A stretch of DNA of 64,000 bases from Candidatus Kapaibacterium sp. Lineage in GTDB: Bacteria > Bacteroidota > Ignavibacteria > Kapaibacteriales > UBA2268. Where the stretch lies: contig OY762428.1 of the NCBI GenBank assembly GCA_963665665.1, forward strand, positions 3,264,001-3,328,000, written 5' to 3'. Within the stretch, counting starts at the first letter, position 1, and each line of letters starts with the position of its first letter. The position numbers and the translations under genes are program-made. Shown piece after piece: positions 40,381 to 50,790 of the stretch. The notes below the pieces were generated by a model. That model saw only the letters and a list, made by a program, of their open reading frames with translations. It did not search any database and was not told where the DNA came from.

Positions 40381-43300
40381 ATGTTAAGGAATTCATTGGT
40401 TGCTTTTTTTGTTGCGGTACTTGTTTTGGCATTTATCCGGACAGCCGATGCCGATACCTACACATCAAAAGGAATAATTGTTAAAAACTCAACTGCCAAT
40501 GCTCTGGAGCTGGAGGTTTCTCCTGTATTAAAAGGTTTTTCCAAAATTAAAACAACGGATAACGCAATATGTGTTATGCCGGAAATAAAAGGTTCAAAAA
40601 TAGATTATACAATTCCCGGAGTTCCGGCGGAACCTTATTTGTCTGTTCCTGTTACTGTTCCTTCGCCCGAAGGATTCAAAATAGTTTCAGTTGAAATAGA
40701 CGGTTTGGCAATACATACAGGAAATATTGCCCCTGTTCCTGATTTCGAAATTACTAACAATGAAGCCGTACCGGTATACAAAAACACAGATAATTTTAAT
40801 GTTGGAAATAATAATCCCGGGCCGAAGGATTTTGTAACAATGGAATATGACGGCAGGGCAGGGTTCAGGTATGTTGCTGTTTTGAAAATAAAAACAGCCC
40901 TGGCAGGAAATAATTCAATTTTTATACCTGAAAAAATTAAGATAAGAATTGTATTTGATGCGCCGGATAAGACTGTTTTGAGGAATAATATTCCTGATAA
41001 TATAAAATTCTCTGTGAACCACAACGAAACCAAATCATTTCTGATAGATGACAGCAAGGTGTTTCTTAAGAAAAATCAGGAAAAAATTCTGTCGTCAGAT
41101 AATGAATTTGTAAAGCTGAAAATTGAAAAAGAAGGTGTTTATGTTATTACAGCATCGGATCTAAGCTCTCTTGGTATTGATATTCCGGCCTCTGAGGTAA
41201 AAACTATCAAATTATTTGGCAGGGGAGGGAAAGAACTTAGCGAAGTGCAACAGGACGGGCTGAATAGTACTATGGGCGAGCAGGAAATCATTGTTCGGAC
41301 AAAGAACGACGGCAGTCTGGACAAAATCTATTTCTACGCTGCCCCTGCAAATGGTTTTGAATACGATGGAAACAGCTTTATACATTATATTAATAATTAC
41401 TCCGATAATAATTATTACCTGCTTGGCTGGGGCGGGAGCGATGGCAAAAGGGCAAGCGGAATTTCACAGCCGGCCGAAGCCCCCGTGGAAACGCCATTGG
41501 TATATACCCACCGTGTTTTCTTCGAAGAAGAACTTTATAATCCCTATTCTTATGGCAGCGGAAGAACCTGGCTGGGCCGCAACCTGATGCCTGCAACATT
41601 TACAGAGCAACTTCACAATTTGGCTGAATCAGGGAATATTCTTTATCGGTTCAGTGTTGCTCACAGATCCGATAATGCCGGTGAATTTACTATCACAGAA
41701 AACAATAATATCCTGACTACTATCAGCCTGAGTTCTACAAAGGCAAAATATCTTGATGCTATCAGGAAAAGCCGTGAAGCAGAATTGTCTGTCAATAATA
41801 TTACCTCCCGGGACAGGACAGTGATGAATTTCAGTTATAAAAGTTCATCCGGTACTTCGGCTATTAGCTGGTTCGACTGGTATGAGGTTCATTATCCGCG
41901 TGAATTTGTTCCAATCGATAATGAGTTAAACTTTTTTACTGATGATAATTGGAACGGGGTTTACAAATTCAATATCAATCATTTCGGCAGTTCAGAGATA
42001 ATCGGCTTTGATGTTACTGAATCTGATAATCCACTTCTGGTTGAAAATAAGGCAAGCACGGGCGGGATGTTTATATTCAAGCAGGAACTTGAAGAAGGAA
42101 ACCCGAGAAGATATTTTATTTCCTCAAAATTCCGTTCTCCTTCAATGGAAAAAATAAGTATTGCCGGGTTAAGAAATGATCTGTCCGGTGCTGATTTCAT
42201 TATCATTTCACCAAGGGAATTTGAAAATTCTGCCATAAAATTTAAAAATTACCGTGAGGCCAATAGTAATCTTACAGCAAAAGTAGTTTTTGTTGATGAT
42301 ATATATAAAGAATTTTCTTCATGTATTCCTGATCCGACAGCAATAAGGGATTTCCTGGGGTTTGCCCTTACAAACTGGGAGGAAAAACCAACTTATGTTT
42401 GCTTGTGGGGCGACGGGCACTTTGATTATAAACTCATTTCAACTAAAAATAAAAATTTTATTCCGCCTTATGAATCCGAAGAATTATCCGATGAACTCGA
42501 TGCCACTGATTCCTATACATCTGATGACTATTTTGTAAAATTACTTGGCGATGATGTAAGAGTTGACCTGGCAATTGGGCGCATAACTATTGGATCAGAT
42601 GAAGAAGGTGCATGGATAGTTGACAAAATTGATCATTATGAGCATGAATCCTCCGGTGATAGCTGGAGAACAATGGTAACACTTGTTGCCGACGACAGCC
42701 CCTCAGGCGATTCAAGTTCAGACAGTAACCGCCATACAAGCGATTCTGAACAGCTTTCACGTGGTTATGTCAGTGAGGATATGCAGCAAAGAAAAATTTA
42801 TATGCCTGAATATCCTTCTGAAAATGTTCCGGGCGGACTTAGAAAGCCCGGCGTTACTGAAGACTTGCTTGAAGCTGTGAATGTAGGTGGCAGCCTGTTG
42901 TTAAACTGGGTGGGGCATGGAAACCCGAGAGTCTGGGCACACGAAGAGATACTGGAACGCTCCATCACTATTCCAAAGATGGTTAATATGGATAAGCTTT
43001 TCTTCCTGACCGCAGCCACATGCGATTATGGCAGGTTTGATATGGCTGACGTTCGTTGCGGTGCCGAGGAAATGCTTTTAAGCAAATATGGCGGAGCTAT
43101 CGGGGTATTCAGTTCTTCAAGGCTTGTTTATGCCCAGCAGAATTCCGAGATTAATGCCAGCTTTTATACAAATATGTTCAGCCGTGATCCGGAAACAAAT
43201 GAATATCTGCGGCTTGGTGATATTATGTATAATGTTAAGCAGGAATTTACACGGTCGAATGACAAGAAATTCTATCTGCTTGGCGATCCTACTATGCGTT

Positions 43301-44388
43301 TGCTTTTGCCGGAATACCAGGTTGAGATAGATTCGATTAACGGCCGGTATGTAGGATCAGGAGGTGATACAGTTAAACTTGAAGCTCTTGCCAATGTTAA
43401 TATCAAGGGGCATATTCGCAAATTAATGAGCGATACCCGGGACGATACTTTTGACGGTATTGCCGTTATCACAATGCTGGACGGTGACGAGAGTATTGTA
43501 GTTGAAGACGTTGACGGGTCTAATCATTATATTCTTCGCCATGGCGGCGCTTTGAACAGGAGTTCATATCTTGTGGAATCCGGAATGTTCCAGGCTGATT
43601 TTATTCTGCCAAGGGATATCAGTTTCAGTGAAGGCCTTGGAAGGTTTTATACCTATGCATACTCCGATGATGACCGTTTTGCCAAAGGTGCTACAAGGTC
43701 ATTCAGGATAAATGGTATAACAAGTTCTGCCGGTGATGATAAAGAAGGCCCTGAAATAAATATATATCTTGATTCCAGGGATTTTCTGCCCGGAGATATT
43801 GTAAGGGAAAGTCCGCTACTGATAGTTGACCTTTCAGACGAATCGGGGATTAACACAACAGGAAGCGGTATAGGCCACAGAATAGAAGCCTGGGTTGACG
43901 ACGATCCTCAATCCATTGACCTGACTGCAAGCTTTGTTACATCAACGGAAAATCCGCGCGAAGGTTCAGCCGAGAAAATTCTATATAACCTTGAAGCAGG
44001 CCTTCACACTGTAAAAGTCAGGGCATGGGATGTGTATAATAATTATTCTGATGCAGAAACCTATTTCAGGGTATCAAACGACGGCACTATTATAATTGGC
44101 GAGATAATCAATTATCCCAATCCTTTCCCTGAAACAACCACTATCAGGTTCCAGCACAATGCGGAACCACCCTATATGGTTGAAGCCGGGATATATAATA
44201 GCTATGGCGCCAAAGTCAGAACGTTGAAGCATCAATTGTCAACAACCCATACATCCGAGATATTCTGGGACGGGCTTGATTCCGAATCAAAAATGGTATC
44301 TGCAGGTGTTTATATTTTAGAGTTGACAATAACGGATTTAGATGGCCGAATGGCTAATAAAGCAGCCAGGATGATGATAATGCGATAG
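40381..44388 (+). CDS. porU: Type IX secretion system sortase PorU (peptidase C25)
   Basis: C25 motifs DPTAIRDF, SDDYF, IGRI, catalytic WVGHG and ATCDYG, LLGDP; D..GPEI domain; KVRAWDVYNN; NYPNPF CTD. Adjacent to porV. Confidence 0.93.
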   Translation: MLRNSLVAFFVAVLVLAFIRTADADTYTSKGIIVKNSTANALELEVSPVLKGFSKIKTTDNAICVMPEIKGSKIDYTIPGVPAEPYLSVPVTVPSPEGFKIVSVEIDGLAIHTGNIAPVPDFEITNNEAVPVYKNTDNFNVGNNNPGPKDFVTMEYDGRAGFRYVAVLKIKTALAGNNSIFIPEKIKIRIVFDAPDKTVLRNNIPDNIKFSVNHNETKSFLIDDSKVFLKKNQEKILSSDNEFVKLKIEKEGVYVITASDLSSLGIDIPASEVKTIKLFGRGGKELSEVQQDGLNSTMGEQEIIVRTKNDGSLDKIYFYAAPANGFEYDGNSFIHYINNYSDNNYYLLGWGGSDGKRASGISQPAEAPVETPLVYTHRVFFEEELYNPYSYGSGRTWLGRNLMPATFTEQLHNLAESGNILYRFSVAHRSDNAGEFTITENNNILTTISLSSTKAKYLDAIRKSREAELSVNNITSRDRTVMNFSYKSSSGTSAISWFDWYEVHYPREFVPIDNELNFFTDDNWNGVYKFNINHFGSSEIIGFDVTESDNPLLVENKASTGGMFIFKQELEEGNPRRYFISSKFRSPSMEKISIAGLRNDLSGADFIIISPREFENSAIKFKNYREANSNLTAKVVFVDDIYKEFSSCIPDPTAIRDFLGFALTNWEEKPTYVCLWGDGHFDYKLISTKNKNFIPPYESEELSDELDATDSYTSDDYFVKLLGDDVRVDLAIGRITIGSDEEGAWIVDKIDHYEHESSGDSWRTMVTLVADDSPSGDSSSDSNRHTSDSEQLSRGYVSEDMQQRKIYMPEYPSENVPGGLRKPGVTEDLLEAVNVGGSLLLNWVGHGNPRVWAHEEILERSITIPKMVNMDKLFFLTAATCDYGRFDMADVRCGAEEMLLSKYGGAIGVFSSSRLVYAQQNSEINASFYTNMFSRDPETNEYLRLGDIMYNVKQEFTRSNDKKFYLLGDPTMRLLLPEYQVEIDSINGRYVGSGGDTVKLEALANVNIKGHIRKLMSDTRDDTFDGIAVITMLDGDESIVVEDVDGSNHYILRHGGALNRSSYLVESGMFQADFILPRDISFSEGLGRFYTYAYSDDDRFAKGATRSFRINGITSSAGDDKEGPEINIYLDSRDFLPGDIVRESPLLIVDLSDESGINTTGSGIGHRIEAWVDDDPQSIDLTASFVTSTENPREGSAEKILYNLEAGLHTVKVRAWDVYNNYSDAETYFRVSNDGTIIIGEIINYPNPFPETTTIRFQHNAEPPYMVEAGIYNSYGAKVRTLKHQLSTTHTSEIFWDGLDSESKMVSAGVYILELTITDLDGRMANKAARMMIMR

Positions 44389-44625
44389 CAGGTTGCATTT
44401 AGAATCTTATTGGTTATAAGGCAGCTGTATTTAACGGTTGAAATATTAAAGTGTTAATATTTATGAAAATTTTAAATTAATTTTGTAAATTAGTCGTTTA
44501 CAAATTGAAAAATTTCGAATTTTATCAAAAATTGAAGGTTCCGGTATAGAAATTGTTACCACATGATGCAAAAAGCAGAATGTAATTGAGAAAAATATTA
44601 TTTTAAAGTTCGGAGGAATCGATAA

Positions 44626-45732
44626 ATGAAGCTAATGCTTAATGCTAAAATCATCGGGTTAATGGTTATTGCCTTGCTGGCATTTAATGAAGTACACGCG
44701 CAGGGTGGCGGCGCAGCCGTTCCATTCCTGAGAATTTCCCCGGATGCCAGGGCAAGTGGCATGGGGGAAACCGGAACAGCCATAGCTGATGATATTAATG
44801 CAATTTACTGGAACCCCGGCGGGCTGGCATTTCACGGGTATGTAGATGACCCGTTTGAAACTGAGGAAGAACCTATTCCTTACCGCCAGATCGCTTTGTC
44901 TTTTTCCCCATGGCTTCCGCAATTCAACGCCGACCTGTTCTATAGTTATGGTACAATCGGACAGTATTTCGAAGTTCTTGACGGTACGGTGGCATTTAAT
45001 TTTCTGTTTATGAATCTTGGTGAATTTATTCGTACAGCAGAAAACGGACAGCAACTTGGAAGATTTATTTCTAATGAGTTTTCAATAGGACTTTCCTACG
45101 GAACAATTATTGCAGATGATCTTGGTGTTGGTTTCCAGCTGCGTTACATACAGTCAAACCTTGCTCCGATTAATACAGGACAGTCCGGGGCCGGTACGGG
45201 TATAAGCGGTGGTTTTGATATTGGTATCTTATGGAAACCGCAGGACCTTGATATTTTCGGATGGAAAGCTGAGGACTTTTTCTCAGTTGGGTTGAACCTG
45301 CAGAACGTAGGGCCGAAAGTAACTTACCGAAGCGAATCTGACCCGTTGCCTACAACGCTCAGAATGGGTACAGCATTCCATGTGCTTGGTGATGAGTATA
45401 ACGACCTTACTCTGGCCGTTGACGTAGCAAAACTACTTGTTAAAAGGGATAGCCTTGGTTCCGACCCCTTGCCTAAATCACTTGTAACTGGCTGGGAAAA
45501 CAGTGGCGCTGAGTTTGCTATGGGCCTTGAATACTGGTATGACAATATAATTGCTCTCAGGGCAGGATACTTTACCGAGCCGTCAAATCTTGGCGACCGT
45601 CAGTATTGGAATTTCGGTGCCGGTGTTCGTTACGATATTTTCAGGCTTGACTTCAGTTTTATCAATACGATTGAAGAGAATCATCCCCTTGCAAACACGA
45701 TGCGATTTTCGCTGCTTGTCGACTGGGAATAA
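44626..45732 (+). CDS. porV: Type IX secretion system outer-membrane shuttle PorV
   Basis: AVPFLRISPDARASGMG, AIYWNP, PWLP, NHPLANTMRFSL. Directly downstream of porU. Confidence 0.93.
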   Translation: MKLMLNAKIIGLMVIALLAFNEVHAQGGGAAVPFLRISPDARASGMGETGTAIADDINAIYWNPGGLAFHGYVDDPFETEEEPIPYRQIALSFSPWLPQFNADLFYSYGTIGQYFEVLDGTVAFNFLFMNLGEFIRTAENGQQLGRFISNEFSIGLSYGTIIADDLGVGFQLRYIQSNLAPINTGQSGAGTGISGGFDIGILWKPQDLDIFGWKAEDFFSVGLNLQNVGPKVTYRSESDPLPTTLRMGTAFHVLGDEYNDLTLAVDVAKLLVKRDSLGSDPLPKSLVTGWENSGAEFAMGLEYWYDNIIALRAGYFTEPSNLGDRQYWNFGAGVRYDIFRLDFSFINTIEENHPLANTMRFSLLVDWE

Positions 45733-45751
45733 CCTGATAAAAGATATGAAG

Positions 45752-45790
45752 AAAAAAAAACCGGTAGATTTTAATTTCCCGGTTTTTTTT
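45752..45790 (+). terminator. Intrinsic terminator
   Basis: A-run CCGG...CCGG T-run. Confidence 0.55.
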
Positions 45791-46046
45791 GTTTAGGATT
45801 ATTTGAAATCAGTAAAGATTTTTGGTGAAGAATTGTGAGAATTTTATGCATTCATGTTTTTGGAACTCTATAAAAATAATCCCTTGATAAAGCTTACTTA
45901 AGGTAATACTTCGTTTCAAAACTTCATTGGAATATAATTATAACTATAATTAATAATATGTGTTGCTTTTTACATTAATATTTATTAATATTCTATAGTG
46001 TTCGTATTGATATTAAAGTTGTCAACATTTTACAGGAGTATAGACC

Positions 46047-48836
46047 ATGGGAAGTTTCAGAAATATCGCAGCAACAGCCCTGATGATTATAGCTTTTCTA
46101 CTGGCAAATAATAGCGCACTTGCGGAAATACCTGCTCCGGAAGATTTCGAAGTTGAACTGGATGAAAATAATGGTGTAACATTTATAAATATAACATGGG
46201 AGAAAAACAATCAGGGAGACAGCCCGGAATATTATAATATCTACCAGGCTGATGAAAGAACCGATAATGTTGACGATTTTGAACTGCTTGAACAGATTGA
46301 GATCACTAATCAGCAGCAAAAGAAATACACTTATAAAATTGATAATCCCGAACCCGGCGAATATAGCTTCTTTATAAAAGCTTCTTTGATTGATGACGGG
46401 CAGGAAGTTTTCGGCGAGGCAACGGATATTAAATATGCTGTGGTTCCCGACGATTCAACCGAGGCTTACGTCGAGATAACTTCCGAACCGGAAGAGGATG
46501 CCGAAGCCGGCAAACAATTTATTTACAATGCAAACGCCGAATCGAATATTAACTGTCCCATTAACTGGGAACTGGTTTCCGGCCCTGACGGAATGGAAAT
46601 AAACGAAAATTCGGGCGTTCTATCCTGGACGCCTGAGCAGGCGGGAGAATACGACATTGAAATAAAAGCTTTTCTGAGTTGCAGTACTGACGTTGAAGAT
46701 ACCCAGAGCTTTACGATTGAAGTTATTGACCAAATAAATGAAGCCGAAGTGGAGATCACTTCAGAACCGGATACGGAAATAATGCTTGGAGATGATTTTG
46801 AATATCAGCTAACAGCCGAAACAAATGTTGACTGCGGAATACTCTTTGAGTTGAAAAATTCTCCTGAAAGCATGACTATAAGCGAGGCAGGACTGATTGA
46901 ATGGACTCCTGAAGAAACAGGAAATTATCAGGTTGTTGTCAGGGCATATCTTGATTGCGACCACACCGTAAGCGATATGCAGGCCTTTACAATCCAGGCT
47001 TACGATCCGAATGACGATGCTGAACTGGAAATTGTTTCTGTTCCTCCGACCTCAGCCTATATAAACAAGCAATATATTTATAAAATAAAATCCAAAACAA
47101 GTGTAAAATGCGATGTTATTTACACTCTTAAAGATGCACCCGAAGGAATGACACTTGAGGACAACGGGCTTATAAAATGGATGCCGGGAACAGCCGGGGA
47201 ATATGATATTTCAATCGGCGCTTACTTAGATTGTGCCGAAGAAGTAACTGATTCGCAGGAATATATACTGAAGGTTTATGACGGCGCTATTACCGAATCC
47301 TGTGCAACAATAAGCGGCGAGGTAGAAGACAGTGACGGTAATTTCATTGAATACGGTACTGTTATGGCGTGGAATCTTGGCGGGGACAAAAGCGGCAATG
47401 TTGTTTACAGGGCAGATATTGAGAACGGCCAGTACAGCATGGAAGTTTCGGACGGAACTTATGTAATAAAATTCAATGCAGATGAATTTATTCCGGAATG
47501 GTATGATGATACAAACGGTATGAAAGATGCCGCGAGGATTGAAATTGAATGCGACGACGCATTAACGATTTCAGCAATACTGGATGCTGCCGAAGAAACT
47601 GTAAACTACAATGTTTCCGGGATGGTTGTCAGTTCGGAGGACAATACCCCGGTGATGGCAAAAGTACATTTCATCCCTGTTGGCAACAACAAACATGAAA
47701 ATGACAACAGCAAAGGCAATACTTTCTTTACCGAAACTTTACAGGACGGAAGCTATTCCATCAGCCTGCCTGACAACTATACGTATATAGCCCAGGCAGT
47801 ACCAATGCAAAATTCAGAGTTCAGGCTGCAGTTTTATAATGCTGTTTACGATGCAACTGAAGCAGAAGAAATTGAACTGGATTCTGATTTGAGCAGAATA
47901 GATTTCTACCTTGAAGGGGCGCTGAATTACGATAACGGATTTTCCGGCTCTGTAATGAATGAAGACGGGGATGCTCTTCAGGCCGTTATGATGGTTAGGC
48001 TGGCAGAACCGGCAGATGAAAACGAGGATAATTATAAACACTCGTATTCAGTTGAAACAAACGAAGACGGAGAATATTCTTTCACGAATGTCTTGCCTGG
48101 CAAATATGTTCTGTTATCACGGCCAGTTGATAATGACTACATACCCGGTTTTTATAATTCTGATGGTACAGTAGTTAAAAAATGGAAAGAATCAGACCAG
48201 ATAGAAGTTATCGACGCAATGGTGGCAATGCAGTTCGACTGCATCCATTCATTGAAACGCGATCAGGAAGGCCTTGGTAAAATTAACGGCAAAGCACTGA
48301 AAGGGGAAAGCGGAAAGATCAATTTTGGTGATCGTCCACTCGGAACGGATCCTTTGCAGGGAGCTTTGATGATGCTCAAAGACGACAATGATATTGTTGT
48401 TGCTTATTCTTTCTCTGACGTAGCAGGTGATTATCTTCTTGAAAATATTGAACCTGGCGAATATACCCTGGCTGCCGAAAAGATCGGGTTTGAATATATT
48501 CCCGAATCACTGACTGTAGATTTTTCCGAGAATATTGAAATAAATTCGGATATGGTTCTTGAAGAAGAAACTTCAACAGGCGTGGATGAAACCTTAGCCG
48601 GATTGAAAATTTCTCCGATTCCGGCTTCCGAACACCTGAATATAAGTTTTAGCAGTTTGAATGGCATTACGAATATCAGGCTTTTCAATATGTTCGGTAA
48701 GGAAGTTTATACTTCGGGTGAAATCCTGAACAGAACGTACAGGATTGAACTTAATATGCTGCCGCAGGGCTGGTACACAGTACAAATTCAAACGAACGGG
48801 AATGTATATTCAAGAAGTATTATCATTATCAAATAA
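46047..48836 (+). CDS. Acidic multi-Ig surface protein (FN3, three cadherin/He_PIG-like and several carboxypeptidase-regulatory-like domains) with T9SS CTD
   Basis: Three ITSEP...GP.GM.I...G.I.W.P repeats; ISG.V...PGxY repeats; tail ISPIPASE...LPQGWYTV...SIIIIK. Confidence 0.82.
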   Translation: MGSFRNIAATALMIIAFLLANNSALAEIPAPEDFEVELDENNGVTFINITWEKNNQGDSPEYYNIYQADERTDNVDDFELLEQIEITNQQQKKYTYKIDNPEPGEYSFFIKASLIDDGQEVFGEATDIKYAVVPDDSTEAYVEITSEPEEDAEAGKQFIYNANAESNINCPINWELVSGPDGMEINENSGVLSWTPEQAGEYDIEIKAFLSCSTDVEDTQSFTIEVIDQINEAEVEITSEPDTEIMLGDDFEYQLTAETNVDCGILFELKNSPESMTISEAGLIEWTPEETGNYQVVVRAYLDCDHTVSDMQAFTIQAYDPNDDAELEIVSVPPTSAYINKQYIYKIKSKTSVKCDVIYTLKDAPEGMTLEDNGLIKWMPGTAGEYDISIGAYLDCAEEVTDSQEYILKVYDGAITESCATISGEVEDSDGNFIEYGTVMAWNLGGDKSGNVVYRADIENGQYSMEVSDGTYVIKFNADEFIPEWYDDTNGMKDAARIEIECDDALTISAILDAAEETVNYNVSGMVVSSEDNTPVMAKVHFIPVGNNKHENDNSKGNTFFTETLQDGSYSISLPDNYTYIAQAVPMQNSEFRLQFYNAVYDATEAEEIELDSDLSRIDFYLEGALNYDNGFSGSVMNEDGDALQAVMMVRLAEPADENEDNYKHSYSVETNEDGEYSFTNVLPGKYVLLSRPVDNDYIPGFYNSDGTVVKKWKESDQIEVIDAMVAMQFDCIHSLKRDQEGLGKINGKALKGESGKINFGDRPLGTDPLQGALMMLKDDNDIVVAYSFSDVAGDYLLENIEPGEYTLAAEKIGFEYIPESLTVDFSENIEINSDMVLEEETSTGVDETLAGLKISPIPASEHLNISFSSLNGITNIRLFNMFGKEVYTSGEILNRTYRIELNMLPQGWYTVQIQTNGNVYSRSIIIIK

Positions 48837-48857
48837 GTATAAATGATAAACTTGAAT

Positions 48858-48888
48858 AAAAAAAAGCCCCGAAATCCGGGGCTTTTTT
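48858..48888. terminator. Bidirectional intrinsic terminator
   Basis: AAAAAAAAGCCCCG-AAATC-CGGGGCTTTTTT. Confidence 0.85.
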
Positions 48889-48909
48889 AAATATTATATT
48901 AAACTGATA

Positions 48910-50406
48910 TTAGTCGTTGTTCATCAGTTTGTCTTTGTCAAGATCTGAAAGAAGATCGCCAAGAGTGAAGGCTGTATCAGATGAAGAAGGCTTGGGAGCT
49001 GACATAGGCCTGTCAGATCTCTGGCGCGGTTTCCTGCGATTTTCTTCTCTTGCCTGCTGAATCATTTCTTCGTCAACAACAGGAGCAAAGATCAGAGATT
49101 CTTCTTCGGGAACTATGTCCACAACAGTAACCTGGATTTTCTCGCCAACCTGGAAAGGAATTTTCTTGCCTTTAAGGATGTGCTTCATTTTGCTGCGCGG
49201 CATAAATCCGTCAACTTCTTCGCCAACACTTACAATAGCGCCCTGAGGAACTATCTGTGTAACTTCGGCTTCCATTTCTTTGTCTGCCGGATATTTGTCT
49301 TTCAGTTCATCCCATGGGTTGGGCTGAGTTCTCTTGTAGCTTAAAGTGATAGTCTTTTTATCTTCATTGATAGCAATGATTTTAATATCAACTTCGTCGC
49401 CTGCCTTGAAAACTTCAGACGGGCTTTTCAGCCTTTTTGTCCATGAAATTTCATTTGTACGGAGAAGTCCGTCAACACCCGGTTTCAGTTCAATATAAGC
49501 GCCAAAATCAGTCAGGCGGCGAACGATACCTTTATGAACAGAGTCAATCGGGAATTCTGTCGGAACGTCGTCCCATGGTGATTTTTCAAATTCTTTGTGG
49601 CTGAGGGCAATCCTGTTTGTTTCCCTGTTTGCTTCAACAACCACAGCTTTGATATTCTGGCCTTTTTTAACAATGTCTTTTGGATCTTCAACGTGAACCT
49701 GCGAAAGCCTTGAGATATGAATAAGGCCTTCAACGCCGCCAAGGTCAACAAAAACGCCGAAAGAAGCTATTGAAGAAACAATACCTTCAACCTGCTGTCC
49801 CTCGGAAATATTATCCCAGAATTCATTTTCAAGGATATTTTTACGGGTAACGATTACAGTTTTCCTTCCATGTTCGTCTTCCTGAAGTTCATGGATTTTA
49901 ACTTTGATATCTGTCCCGACGGAATTCAGCATCTGATCTTCTGTTGGATTCCTTTTAAGTGAGAAATGCGATGCCGGGAGGAAAAGCTGCATATCATCAT
50001 AGACAACCCTGAGGCCGCCCCTGATTCTGCTTAGAACGTTAACAGTAATTGACTCGTCGTTTTCTTTGATTGTCTTCAACTGCTCGAAAGTGGCATTTTC
50101 TTTTTCTTTCATATCATTAACTTTCGGAGCGGGCGTCGTTTCTGCTGTAGGTTCAGCTTTTTTCTCTTCCTGGTTTTGCACTTCAGGTGTGGTTTCTGCC
50201 GGGGATTCATTTCCGCTTTCTGCCGGGGCTTCTTCTTTAGCCGGTTCGGCCGGGGCTGTTTCCTCTGTTACCGGAGCTGCTTCGGCAGCAGGTTCAGCCT
50301 GCGGATTTGTTTCGCCGGAAGAAATCTGTTCAGATGTTTCTGCCGGAGTATCCTGGTTTGTTACAGTTTCATTAGTTTCATTCATGTTAAGCTCTTCGTT
50401 AGCCAT
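48910..50406 (-). CDS. Ribosomal protein S1-like protein (four S1 domains, long acidic N-terminal region)
   Basis: S1 motifs FLPASH, FGVFVDLGGVEGLIHIS, FGAYIELKPGVDGL, VDGFMP; C-terminal FTLGDLL. Confidence 0.85.
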   Translation of the reverse strand: MANEELNMNETNETVTNQDTPAETSEQISSGETNPQAEPAAEAAPVTEETAPAEPAKEEAPAESGNESPAETTPEVQNQEEKKAEPTAETTPAPKVNDMKEKENATFEQLKTIKENDESITVNVLSRIRGGLRVVYDDMQLFLPASHFSLKRNPTEDQMLNSVGTDIKVKIHELQEDEHGRKTVIVTRKNILENEFWDNISEGQQVEGIVSSIASFGVFVDLGGVEGLIHISRLSQVHVEDPKDIVKKGQNIKAVVVEANRETNRIALSHKEFEKSPWDDVPTEFPIDSVHKGIVRRLTDFGAYIELKPGVDGLLRTNEISWTKRLKSPSEVFKAGDEVDIKIIAINEDKKTITLSYKRTQPNPWDELKDKYPADKEMEAEVTQIVPQGAIVSVGEEVDGFMPRSKMKHILKGKKIPFQVGEKIQVTVVDIVPEEESLIFAPVVDEEMIQQAREENRRKPRQRSDRPMSAPKPSSSDTAFTLGDLLSDLDKDKLMNND

Positions 50407-50687
50407 ATCGCACACCTAATTAAGTGAAAAAAATCTCGGAGAGTATTTAAAGCTTGTGAAATTATACTCAAATTAATTATATAATAAAACTTATTAAGTC
50501 TTTTACAGAAAACAAAAATAGGGAATAATTTAATAACCCAAAAAACATTTTTCAACTTTTTTTAAAAATTTTATGATTTTTTTAAAAATTGTATGCTCAA
50601 TGACAATATTTTTGAATTATTAATTGGAAATTCTTTCAATCGAGGTCTTCATATATTAAAAATTCAGATTATTATAAAATAACAAAA

Positions 50688-50725
50688 TGACATTTTTTTG
50701 ACATCTCTTTAACTTCCTGCTGACA
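50688..50725. promoter_or_regulatory. Four direct repeats with 11-bp period (TGACA, TGACA, TAACT, TGACA); putative OmpR/PhoB-type operator
   Basis: Repeats start at 50688, 50699, 50710 and 50721, upstream of the 5'-nucleotidase gene. Confidence 0.5.
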
Positions 50726-50790
50726 AATCCAATTTTGGCCAATGTTATATTGCCTCCGGATATTTTTTTAACCATAACCGGAGAATCGAG

